Shown: positions 28,094 to 36,279 of the stretch, one piece after another
Numbering within the stretch: the first letter of the stretch is position 1
Layout of the letters: each line of letters begins with the position of its first letter
NCBI GenBank assembly: GCA_020635905.1
Contig: JACJYV010000004.1
Coordinates: 243,142 to 307,141, forward strand
Source: Bacteroidia bacterium
GTDB lineage: Bacteria; Bacteroidota; Bacteroidia; J057; JADKCL01
Reading direction: 5' to 3'
DNA: 64,000 nucleotides
The notes under the pieces: model-generated
Told to the model about the DNA's origin: nothing
Databases searched by the model: none
What the model saw: the letters and a program-made list of their open reading frames with translations, nothing else
Program-made: the position numbers and the translations under genes

Positions 28094-29452
28094 TTGGCTA
28101 AGCAGATGATGGTTTGGCTTTTGATCAAAGTACCCTGGTATTTTTTACGGGCCATGTGGGCTTTCCTGCTTGGTTTGGGCAAGGGGAAAGGTCAGACCTG
28201 GTATGCAGGGGAATTTCTGGTTGCGCGGGATGATTTTCGCCTTTCTGCACCCGAAAAAGAAAGCCGTTTGGTGGGGTTGAAGATTTATGTGCGGACTTTG
28301 AGAGCCATTTTCAAAAATTCCAAACCCTCCCTGGAAAAGCTGGCTGACGCGTCCGTGGGAATTTATGATTCGCGCATGGCCAACCTCAAACTGCGCACGG
28401 AGTACGTGGAAGCCCAAAGTGGAGAAAAAGTAGGTACTTTTATCAGCAGTTCGGGCTTGTTGTATGGGGAGGGATTTTTGCAAAAAATCCTGCTTTTCTG
28501 CATGCTGAGTGGATTTTTCTCCTTTCTCTGGCCCTTCACGATTTTGAGCAAATACAGGGCCAATCTGGCTCAGATCATGCCCGATACGGTGCGGGTAATC
28601 AATCTGTTGCGCATCCTCAGAAAGCATAAAATCAGCAGGCTGTATTACTTTTTCATTTTTGAAATTTATGCCAATGTGGCCGCTCAGGTACTGATGAGCG
28701 AAGGAATCACCCTCCTGAAAGTCACGTCCATGTCGCCCCTCACTTTCCATGCGAGGGTGGTGATTGCCAGTGAATTATGCGTGAATACGGCTTACCAGAT
28801 GGAGGAAACCCGCATCTTTAAAGACACTTTGTTTGTAGGGAAATTTCACCTCTGGGCTCCTGAAATGTACATGGATCACATTGAAAAGTACCGCGAGGCT
28901 GATCCTGAAGCTACTCCAAAACATGTATTGGGGTATTATTCAAGTGGTTATGAATTGAGGTTCAGCCTGGGCGAATCACATACGGGTTTTTTCGGCGATC
29001 CAGAATCTGACGACATGTTGCGGGAATATCTGCGGGAATATCTTTTGAGCCATCCTGAAGTCAAACTGAAAATCTTTTTGCATCCCTTTGAAAAGCGCTC
29101 AGATGAGCGCTATGCTCAGGCCACGAAGTATTATTTTGACCATTTTCAGGGCTGTAATATTGAGATTATGGGTCGGGATATTTCCACCGTGGGCAGTCTG
29201 GAATTGGTGGATGTAGCGCTTTCTGTTTTGTCCAATTCTCTGGCTGACCGCCTCTATTTTGGTTACAAAGGTCTTTTTACTCCGTTCACCGTGGATCGCC
29301 TGCCTGCGCCCGGCACTTCGCTGGAGGCCATTTGTGCCAAATCCAAAGCGCATTTATTTGAGTTACTTGACCGCAGTATGGCCCAGAGCACGGATGAGTT
29401 TTTCAGGGAAAATAAGATTGATAATTACCGTTTCAGGCGAAATAAAACCTGA
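28094..29452 (+). CDS. hypothetical protein (N-terminal TM; C-terminal half vaguely GT-B/TagF-like)
   Basis: 452-aa ORF with a TTG start; ATG 28106 is an alternative. No firm motif. The C-terminal pattern KIFLHPFEKR...VDVALSVLSNSLADRLYFGYKGLF resembles the HP...SS..-E core of GT-B transferases. Confidence 0.5.
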   Translation: MAKQMMVWLLIKVPWYFLRAMWAFLLGLGKGKGQTWYAGEFLVARDDFRLSAPEKESRLVGLKIYVRTLRAIFKNSKPSLEKLADASVGIYDSRMANLKLRTEYVEAQSGEKVGTFISSSGLLYGEGFLQKILLFCMLSGFFSFLWPFTILSKYRANLAQIMPDTVRVINLLRILRKHKISRLYYFFIFEIYANVAAQVLMSEGITLLKVTSMSPLTFHARVVIASELCVNTAYQMEETRIFKDTLFVGKFHLWAPEMYMDHIEKYREADPEATPKHVLGYYSSGYELRFSLGESHTGFFGDPESDDMLREYLREYLLSHPEVKLKIFLHPFEKRSDERYAQATKYYFDHFQGCNIEIMGRDISTVGSLELVDVALSVLSNSLADRLYFGYKGLFTPFTVDRLPAPGTSLEAICAKSKAHLFELLDRSMAQSTDEFFRENKIDNYRFRRNKT

Positions 29453-31891
29453 TCAGATCAATTCCACCCAAACTTCTTCCTTCACCCAGCCCAAATCCAC
29501 CCAGGGTAGATTTTCCATGAATAATTCCGTTCCAGAAGGGATTCCAAGGGGATCAAAAGAACTGATTGGCGCCACAAATTCGAAGCGGTCACGTTCCACT
29601 TTCACAGGCACGCCATTCACCCTGACCGTTTCACCCAATTGATTGAATCCGTGCAGATAGATCCTCAGGTAGCGGAAATGGGTGGGAAAAGGACCTTCTG
29701 CGCCCTGAATGTGGATTTTCTGAGTCTTGCTGTCCAGTTGGATTATTCTGCGGTAAAATTCTCCCCGCTCGAAAGCGTAGCTTTCTCCATCGTCTTCGTA
29801 GTAGAGAAATTCAGAATCCCCCTTTCCTTTGTAAACATGCAGATTGAGGCGGGTTTCAGGTTTCATACCTGCATGCAAAACTGCCGATTGCATGGGTATG
29901 ATTGCTCCACCTTTGACAAAGAGCGGCAAAGTGGTTTTAGGACAATCTGTGACGATTTCCTGATCGCCTTCAAAGGGAGTATCACGGAATAATTCATACC
30001 AGTTGCCTTCGGGCAAATATACTTTGGTCAGTTCCTTGTGACTTTCCACAGGCGCAACCAGTATGGAAGGACCAAACAGGTACTGATTCTGGTAGGCGGG
30101 ATGGTAAATTTTTTCGTTGTGGGGATGCTCAATTGCGAGGGAACGGGCAACGGGAATTCCTGATTGAGAGGATTCATAAAAGCTTGAATAGAGATAGGGC
30201 ATCAGCTTGTATCTCAGGCGAATATAGTTGCGGGAAATCTCTTCAACCTCCTCCCCAAAACCCCAGGGTTCCGCGTCGCGGCTGTTGATCATGCTGTGTC
30301 CGCGGAAAAAGGGAGAGAAGGCCGCCAGGCAAATCCAGCGGGCAAAAAGATTCACATTGGCGGTACCAATAAATCCACCCGCGTCGTAGCCAGCAAAGGG
30401 GATTCCAGTCAGGCCCAGGCTGTTGACCAGGCGCACCCCGGCCATCATGTGAGCATCTGAGGCCGTATTATCGCCCGTCCAGACCGCGCTGAAACGCTGG
30501 GTACCTGCATAGCCCGCCCGGGTCAGGATGAAAGGCCGTTTGCCCCCCAGGTGCTTTTGTGCTCCTTCGTACGTGGCACGGGCCATTTCCATGCCATACA
30601 CATTCCGGGCTTCACGGTGACTGGCTCCCCGTCCTTCCAGGTCAAATTCGATCAGATTGGGCATAAACTGACCCCAGGTGGCGGGCTCATTCATGTCGTT
30701 CCAAAAGCCCTGAATGCCCTTTTCCGTGTAGAAACTGAATTTATCCCCCCACCAATCGCGGGTTTGGGGATTGGTGAAATCGGGAAAATGGCTCCAGCCC
30801 GGCCAGACAGCGCCTTCATAATCGCTTCCGTCGGGATATTTGAGGAAAAGATCCTGCTTTTTGCCTTCTTCGTAGGGTGCATATCCGGGTTCCACTTTGA
30901 TACCCGGATCAATGATAACCACCACTTTGAAGCCCATTTTTTCCAGTTCGGCCACCATTTCCGCGGGTTGGGAAAACCGCTCAGGATGAAAGGTAAAGAC
31001 CTTGTAGGCATCCATGTAGTGAATGTCGAGGTAAATCACATCTGCGGGAATGTCTTTTTCGCGAAAAGTTCGGGCAATGGTAAGAACTTCGGTATCAGGA
31101 TAATAGCTGTAGCGGCATTGCTGGTAGCCCAGGGCCCATTTGGGCGGCAGGGGCATGCGTCCGGTCAGTTGGCTGTATTCGTAGAGAATTTCGGCGACCG
31201 AATCAGCGGAGATGAAGTAGTAACCCATATTGCCGCCGTCGGCGGCAAAGGAGGAAAAGCGATTATTGGAGGCCCCGAAATTGAAATAGCTTTTGCTGGA
31301 ATTGTCGAAAAAGATGCCATACTGACGCCCAGAGTGGACTCCCAGATAAAACGGAGCGGTAAAATAGATTGGATCAGCATCGTCTGGATAGCCAAAATGG
31401 TCGGTGTTCCAGTTGGTGTAACCACTGCCGCGACGATCCAGATTGCCCGTTTTTTCACCCAAACCCAGAAAACGTTCCCCGGGCTGAAGTTTTTTATAGG
31501 TGCTTACTTCGTCTCCAATCCAGGAAGTGCCAAATGCAGCGTCATCCTCATTCAGCAATTCGCCTCTGGAATTATAAAAATTCAGACGCAGGGGAGATTT
31601 TTGCAGGCGAAGTTCCAGGTCAGCGGTCTGAATTTGCAGAAATTCGCCCTGATCAGAAACGAGGCAGAGATTTTCGGCTGGTTCGGCAATCACGGCGTAG
31701 GAGTGAGGCGTAAAATCCTCAATCAGGCGGCGAATGCGGATACGAATGGTCTTTTCAGAATAGGTTAGCACCTCCATTTCGGCTTCTGCAGTCTGCAAAC
31801 GAATTCCTGAAGGGATTTTTTCCCAGGAAAGCATTTCGCTCAGAGACTGATTCATATTGGACCGACGGGCGCGTATGGGTTTTTCCGGCAT
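29453..31891 (-). CDS. glycoside hydrolase family 31 alpha-glucosidase
   Basis: 812 aa. GH31 catalytic signature GFWNDMNEP plus a FTRAGYAG..R..AVWTGDN region. ATG 31855 is an alternative start. Confidence 0.9.
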   Translation of the reverse strand: MPEKPIRARRSNMNQSLSEMLSWEKIPSGIRLQTAEAEMEVLTYSEKTIRIRIRRLIEDFTPHSYAVIAEPAENLCLVSDQGEFLQIQTADLELRLQKSPLRLNFYNSRGELLNEDDAAFGTSWIGDEVSTYKKLQPGERFLGLGEKTGNLDRRGSGYTNWNTDHFGYPDDADPIYFTAPFYLGVHSGRQYGIFFDNSSKSYFNFGASNNRFSSFAADGGNMGYYFISADSVAEILYEYSQLTGRMPLPPKWALGYQQCRYSYYPDTEVLTIARTFREKDIPADVIYLDIHYMDAYKVFTFHPERFSQPAEMVAELEKMGFKVVVIIDPGIKVEPGYAPYEEGKKQDLFLKYPDGSDYEGAVWPGWSHFPDFTNPQTRDWWGDKFSFYTEKGIQGFWNDMNEPATWGQFMPNLIEFDLEGRGASHREARNVYGMEMARATYEGAQKHLGGKRPFILTRAGYAGTQRFSAVWTGDNTASDAHMMAGVRLVNSLGLTGIPFAGYDAGGFIGTANVNLFARWICLAAFSPFFRGHSMINSRDAEPWGFGEEVEEISRNYIRLRYKLMPYLYSSFYESSQSGIPVARSLAIEHPHNEKIYHPAYQNQYLFGPSILVAPVESHKELTKVYLPEGNWYELFRDTPFEGDQEIVTDCPKTTLPLFVKGGAIIPMQSAVLHAGMKPETRLNLHVYKGKGDSEFLYYEDDGESYAFERGEFYRRIIQLDSKTQKIHIQGAEGPFPTHFRYLRIYLHGFNQLGETVRVNGVPVKVERDRFEFVAPISSFDPLGIPSGTELFMENLPWVDLGWVKEEVWVELI

Positions 31892-31921
31892 GGAATTTTA
31901 TTCAAAAGGGAAAAAAGCAGG

Positions 31922-32908
31922 TTAAATGGAAAGGATTTTGGAGATCCGCAGGATGTCGGGGTCAACTCCCGAACCTTTGCGAATGGCCTCTGTAATAGGC
32001 GAGTAGGTGATTTTATCATAAAGCAAGCCCACCATCTGACCTTCCCTGCCTTCCATCAATCCTTCCACTGCAGCCACACCCAAACGGCTGGCTATCACCC
32101 GGTCATAGCTGCTGGGGCTTCCGCCCCTTTGCAAATGCCCCAGAATGGTAACTTTGGCATCGTAATTGGGGAGAATTTCCTTGACTTTGGCCGCCACCTC
32201 AATTGCAGAACCCAGGGTGCCTCCCTCAGCTACGATCACCAGGCTGCTGCTTTTGCCGCTCAATTCCCCGGCTTCAAGAATTTTGACAATATCATCTATG
32301 GTGGTTTCTTCCTCAGGAATGATGGTAGCCACTGCACCCGTGGAAATACCTGCCCGCAGGGCGATAAATCCTGCGTCGCGTCCCATTACCTCAATGAAAA
32401 ACAGGCGGTTGTGGCTGGAAGCCGTATCCCTGATCTGGTCAATGGCCTCTACTGCCGTATTGCAGGCCGTATCAAAGCCAATGGTAGCCTCCGTGCCGCG
32501 CAAATCGTTGTCAATGGTGGCAGGTACGCCCATCACGGGTATGCCAAAGTTTTGGTGAAAGGCATTGGCTCCGGCAAATGTACCGTCACCTCCAATGGTC
32601 ACCAGGGCGTCCACACCTGCTTTTTGCAGGTTTTCAAAGGCCTTCTCCTGACCTTCCCGGATTTTGAATTCGAGGCAGCGGGAAGATTTGAGTACGGTGC
32701 CTCCACGATCGAGAATCCAGGCCACTGAACGGGCGTTCAATTCCTCCATTTCGTTCTGAATGATCCCCGCATAACCCCGTTTGATGCCCGTAACCTTTAT
32801 TCCGTAGTAGATGCAGGTCCTGACCACCGCCCGGATGCAGGCATTCATGCCCGGCGCATCGCCGCCAGAGGTAAGTACCCCGATGTGTTTTACCTTAGAT
32901 TCCAACAT
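31922..32908 (-). CDS. pfkA: ATP-dependent 6-phosphofructokinase
   Basis: 328 aa. Motifs IGVLTSGGDAPGMNA, IGGDGT, PATIDND and MGR are all present. Confidence 0.93.
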   Translation of the reverse strand: MLESKVKHIGVLTSGGDAPGMNACIRAVVRTCIYYGIKVTGIKRGYAGIIQNEMEELNARSVAWILDRGGTVLKSSRCLEFKIREGQEKAFENLQKAGVDALVTIGGDGTFAGANAFHQNFGIPVMGVPATIDNDLRGTEATIGFDTACNTAVEAIDQIRDTASSHNRLFFIEVMGRDAGFIALRAGISTGAVATIIPEEETTIDDIVKILEAGELSGKSSSLVIVAEGGTLGSAIEVAAKVKEILPNYDAKVTILGHLQRGGSPSSYDRVIASRLGVAAVEGLMEGREGQMVGLLYDKITYSPITEAIRKGSGVDPDILRISKILSI

Positions 32909-32982
32909 TTTATTAACTTCGCACTAAATCCTTCCTTTTTACGGCAAGTTAGTGTCAATTTTACACTTACGCAATAGTTTCC

Positions 32983-32990
32983 TATATTTG
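32983..32990 (+). promoter_or_regulatory. Bacteroidota-type -7 promoter box (TATATTTG), plus strand
   Basis: Perfect TAnnTTTG, 43 nt upstream of MITE copy 3 and 183 nt upstream of ATG 33174. Confidence 0.45.
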
Positions 32991-33033
32991 CAACCAGACT
33001 TTTTAAAGGTCTGAATTTTTGCCGTTAAATAAA

Positions 33034-33154
33034 GGGGACCTCTAAAAACAAAGAAGGTCAGGGCGGACGCAGTTCCAGAAAGCGAAGTTTACCGGGGTAA
33101 ATGAGCATTTCTGAAACAAATCCAACCCAGAGATTCAAAGATTTTGGAGTTCCC
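33034..33154 (+). mobile_element. MITE-like 121-bp element, copy 3
   Basis: Homologous along its length to copies 1 and 2. Flanked by the direct duplication TAAA (33030-33033 and 33155-33158). Ends 19 nt before ATG 33174. Confidence 0.7.
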
Positions 33155-33173
33155 TAAAGAAAATAAGCTAAAA

Positions 33174-33935
33174 ATGGTTACAAAACCTGCCCATACATCG
33201 CATGTCAACCCGAACGTTTCCGTGGACTGCGTCATATTTGGATTTGATTCTGAGGATTTGAAAGTGTTGCTGATTGAGCGGGGATCGCCAGAAAACGGGG
33301 ATCAAAATTCAACTGCTGGTAAATATGTTTTACCCGGCGACCTGATTCGCAACGACGAAAATCTGGACCAGGCTGCAGAGCGGGTTCTCAACGAATTGAC
33401 GGGCCTGAAACGCATTTTTCTGGATCAGTTTCATGCCTTTGGAGACCCTGAAAGGGTGCGTCGGCCCGAGGATCAGCAGTGGCTTTCCACTGTGCGGGCA
33501 GAGCCCGACGCCCGGGTAATCACCGTGGCTTACTATTCTTTGGTTAAAATTGATGATTATCAGCCCCAGCCTTCTTCTTTTGCCCGCAAGGCAGAATGGG
33601 TACTGGTCAATGAGATTCCTCAGTTGGGATTTGACCATAATGAAATTCTCAACCGCGGAATTTACGCTCTGCGTTCCAAACTGCGGACTCAGCCTGTGGG
33701 TTTTGAGTTGTTGCCTCTCAAGTTTACCCTGGGGCAATTGCAGAATTTGTATGAAAAGATTCTGGGCAATGAACTGGATAAGCGGAATTTCCGTCGTAAA
33801 ATGCTGAAACTGGGGGTTTTGATTCCCCTGGAAGAGCGTCAGCAGGGAGTGCCCCACAAGCCTGCCCAGTATTTTGAATTCGACAAGGAGAAATACGAAC
33901 AGGTGTCGAAGGAGGATTTAAGCTTCGTTTTTTAA
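33174..33935 (+). CDS. NrtR-family regulator (degenerate Nudix domain plus C-terminal winged HTH)
   Basis: The Nudix box is degenerate (GDLIRNDENLDQAAERVLNELTG). C-terminal FTLGQLQNLYEKILGNELDKRNFRRKM is the NrtR-type wHTH signature. Start trimmed out of the MITE. Confidence 0.8.
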   Translation: MVTKPAHTSHVNPNVSVDCVIFGFDSEDLKVLLIERGSPENGDQNSTAGKYVLPGDLIRNDENLDQAAERVLNELTGLKRIFLDQFHAFGDPERVRRPEDQQWLSTVRAEPDARVITVAYYSLVKIDDYQPQPSSFARKAEWVLVNEIPQLGFDHNEILNRGIYALRSKLRTQPVGFELLPLKFTLGQLQNLYEKILGNELDKRNFRRKMLKLGVLIPLEERQQGVPHKPAQYFEFDKEKYEQVSKEDLSFVF

Positions 33936-34021
33936 GTTGCGAGCCTTTAGCTGCGAGCTGCAAGCAAAATTCTCGCCACTCGAAACTCGCCACTCGAACC
34001 TCACTACTCGAACCTCGCTAC
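33936..34021. repeat. heptanucleotide-phased intergenic tract (R5)
   Basis: 12 units in perfect phase with no indel, running stop-to-stop: gttgcga gccttta gctgcga gctgcaa gcaaaat tctcgcc actcgaa actcgcc actcgaa cctcact actcgaa cctcgct. Confidence 0.85.
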
Positions 34022-35389
34022 TCAAGAAAATACTTCTTTAAAGACTTCCTCCAGTCTTGAAAATCCTTTGATTTTAATGTTTTTGAATTTGCCTTCCAGG
34101 CCTTTGAGTTGGCGGGAGGAAAGGTAAATTTCCTTGAAACCCAGCTTTTCAGCTTCGCTGATACGCTGTTCAATGCGTTGCACGGCTCTCAATTCGCCGG
34201 CCAGGCCCACTTCAGCGGCAAAAACCCGCGTTTTGTCAATTGGCAGGTCGTGGGCCGAACTGATCACTGCGAGAATCAGCCCCAGGTCCAGGGCTGGGTC
34301 ATCGACCCGAATGCCGCCCGCCATGTTGATAAACACGTCTTTGGTGCCCATTTTGAAGCCGCAGCGCTTTTCCAGCACGGCCAGCAGCATATTCAGTCTG
34401 CGCAGATCAAAGCCAGTGGCAGACCGTTGGGCAACCCCATAGGCCATGGGCGTGACCAGGGCCTGGGTTTCGATCAAAAGGGGCCGCAGGCCCTCCATAG
34501 TGGCGCTGATGGCCACCCCACTGAATTCCTCGTCGCCCGTGGAAAGGAAGATTTCTGAAGGATTATTCACTTCCCGCAAACCGCCGCTGTGCATTTCATA
34601 AATACCCAGCTCGAGGGTGGAGCCAAAGCGGTTTTTTACCGTGCGCACCACCCGAAAATTGTGGTGGCGATCGCCTTCAAAAGTCAGAACGGCATCCACC
34701 GTGTGTTCCAGCACCTTGGGACCAGCCAGGTGACCTTCCTTGGTGATGTGTCCTACCAGAAAGACGGGCACCTGGCTTTGCTTGGCCAGCCGCATGAAGC
34801 GGGAAGCGCATTCGCGGACCTGGGAAACGCTGCCCGGGGCTGAGTCAAGTTCCTCGGTATAAACGGTTTGGATGGAATCAATGATCAGTAGTTCGGGCTT
34901 GAGTTCGTGGAAAGAATGGATGATTTTCTCCATGCTGGTTTCGGCCACGATGTACAGGTCGGGATTGACGGAAGCAATGCGGTCGGCCCGCATTTTGATC
35001 TGTCGCTCAGATTCCTCGCCAGATACGTACAGGGTTTTCAACCCGTTGAGCTGAAGGGCCACCTGAAGCAGGAGGGTTGATTTTCCTATTCCTGGTTCGC
35101 CGCCCAGCAGAATGATCGATCCCAACACAATTCCCCCGCCCAGCACACGGTTCATCTCAGCATCAGGCACCAGAATCCGTTTCTCCTCAATGGAATCGAT
35201 TTCCACTAATGGTCTCGGCTTGCTGGCTGGCGTGACGGGCATGGCAGACTGGCTGGCTGTTGCCGCACGTTTGTCCACGATTTCTTCCGTCAGGGTATTC
35301 CATTCACCACAAACCGAACACTGACCCTGCCATTTTCCATGATTGGCCCCACAACTGCTGCAGATGAATACGGTTTTTAATTTTGACAT
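34022..35389 (-). CDS. radA: DNA repair protein RadA/Sms
   Basis: N-terminal C4 zinc finger (CSSCG...CSVCGEW), Walker A GEPGIGKST, KNRFG motif and a Lon-like C-terminal domain. Confidence 0.95.
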   Translation of the reverse strand: MSKLKTVFICSSCGANHGKWQGQCSVCGEWNTLTEEIVDKRAATASQSAMPVTPASKPRPLVEIDSIEEKRILVPDAEMNRVLGGGIVLGSIILLGGEPGIGKSTLLLQVALQLNGLKTLYVSGEESERQIKMRADRIASVNPDLYIVAETSMEKIIHSFHELKPELLIIDSIQTVYTEELDSAPGSVSQVRECASRFMRLAKQSQVPVFLVGHITKEGHLAGPKVLEHTVDAVLTFEGDRHHNFRVVRTVKNRFGSTLELGIYEMHSGGLREVNNPSEIFLSTGDEEFSGVAISATMEGLRPLLIETQALVTPMAYGVAQRSATGFDLRRLNMLLAVLEKRCGFKMGTKDVFINMAGGIRVDDPALDLGLILAVISSAHDLPIDKTRVFAAEVGLAGELRAVQRIEQRISEAEKLGFKEIYLSSRQLKGLEGKFKNIKIKGFSRLEEVFKEVFS

Positions 35390-35509
35390 AACGTTTTACG
35401 GTTTACGGTTTACGGTTTACGGTTTACGGTTCTATGTTGTAAGTTCCCACAAGGTGGTGCCTTTGGCATGAGTTGTAAGTTGATAGGTAATTTCTCTAAT
35501 CTCTAATCT
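35390..35509. repeat. heptanucleotide-phased intergenic tract (R6)
   Basis: TACGGTT x5 (35397-35431), then gtaagtt / tgtaagt units, then tctaatc tctaatc. Runs from the radA start codon to the upstream gene's stop. Confidence 0.85.
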
Positions 35510-36250
35510 CTAAATCCCAAAACTCCGGCTGCGGGACAAAAATTCCTGAATTACGGGTTCATTTGCGCTGAACAGTTCTTCGGCAGTGCCCCAAAAATGA
35601 AGTTTTTTCTCGTGAATGAGAGCCACTTTGGTGGCGATTTTTCGTACGGTGGCCAGGTCATGGGTGATCACCACGGAGGTGCGGTCTTTTTCCAGGCTGA
35701 GTTGCTGGATCAGGTTGTCGATCACTTCTGAATTGACCGGGTCAAGACCCGTGGTGGGTTCGTCGTAGAAAATATAGGGAGGTTTGAGAATCACGGCCCG
35801 TGCAATGCCCACCCGTTTGCGCATCCCGCCTGAAAGTTCGGCGGGAAATTTATGCAGGATACTTTCATTCAACCCCACCTGTTCCAGCGATTCAATTACT
35901 TTTTCCCGAATCAGTTCCCTGGGCAATTTCCTTTCCTCAAATAATTTGATCCCCACATTCTGCAACACATTCAGCGAATCAAATAAGGCAGCACCCTGAA
36001 AAACCACCCCAAATTTGGTCAGAACAGGAGAAAGCTGGCTTTCCCGCAACCGCGAAATTTCGACTTCGTCCACATAAATTTTTCCAGTTTCAGGCTGAAG
36101 CAAGCCAGTGATCAGTTTCATCAAAACTGATTTCCCTGATCCACTTTTGCCAATGATGCACAACTTTTCTCCCTTCGCAATTGAAAACCCAATCTCCTGC
36201 AGCACCTCCAGGTCGGCAAAAGATTTGGATACATTTTCAAGAACGATCAT
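35510..36250 (-). CDS. ABC transporter ATP-binding protein (MlaF-like)
   Basis: 246 aa. Walker A GKSGSGKS, signature LSGGMRKR, Walker B IFYDEPT. Confidence 0.85.
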   Translation of the reverse strand: MIVLENVSKSFADLEVLQEIGFSIAKGEKLCIIGKSGSGKSVLMKLITGLLQPETGKIYVDEVEISRLRESQLSPVLTKFGVVFQGAALFDSLNVLQNVGIKLFEERKLPRELIREKVIESLEQVGLNESILHKFPAELSGGMRKRVGIARAVILKPPYIFYDEPTTGLDPVNSEVIDNLIQQLSLEKDRTSVVITHDLATVRKIATKVALIHEKKLHFWGTAEELFSANEPVIQEFLSRSRSFGI

Positions 36251-36279
36251 GGGAAATGTGATTCAACAAACGGAAAAAA

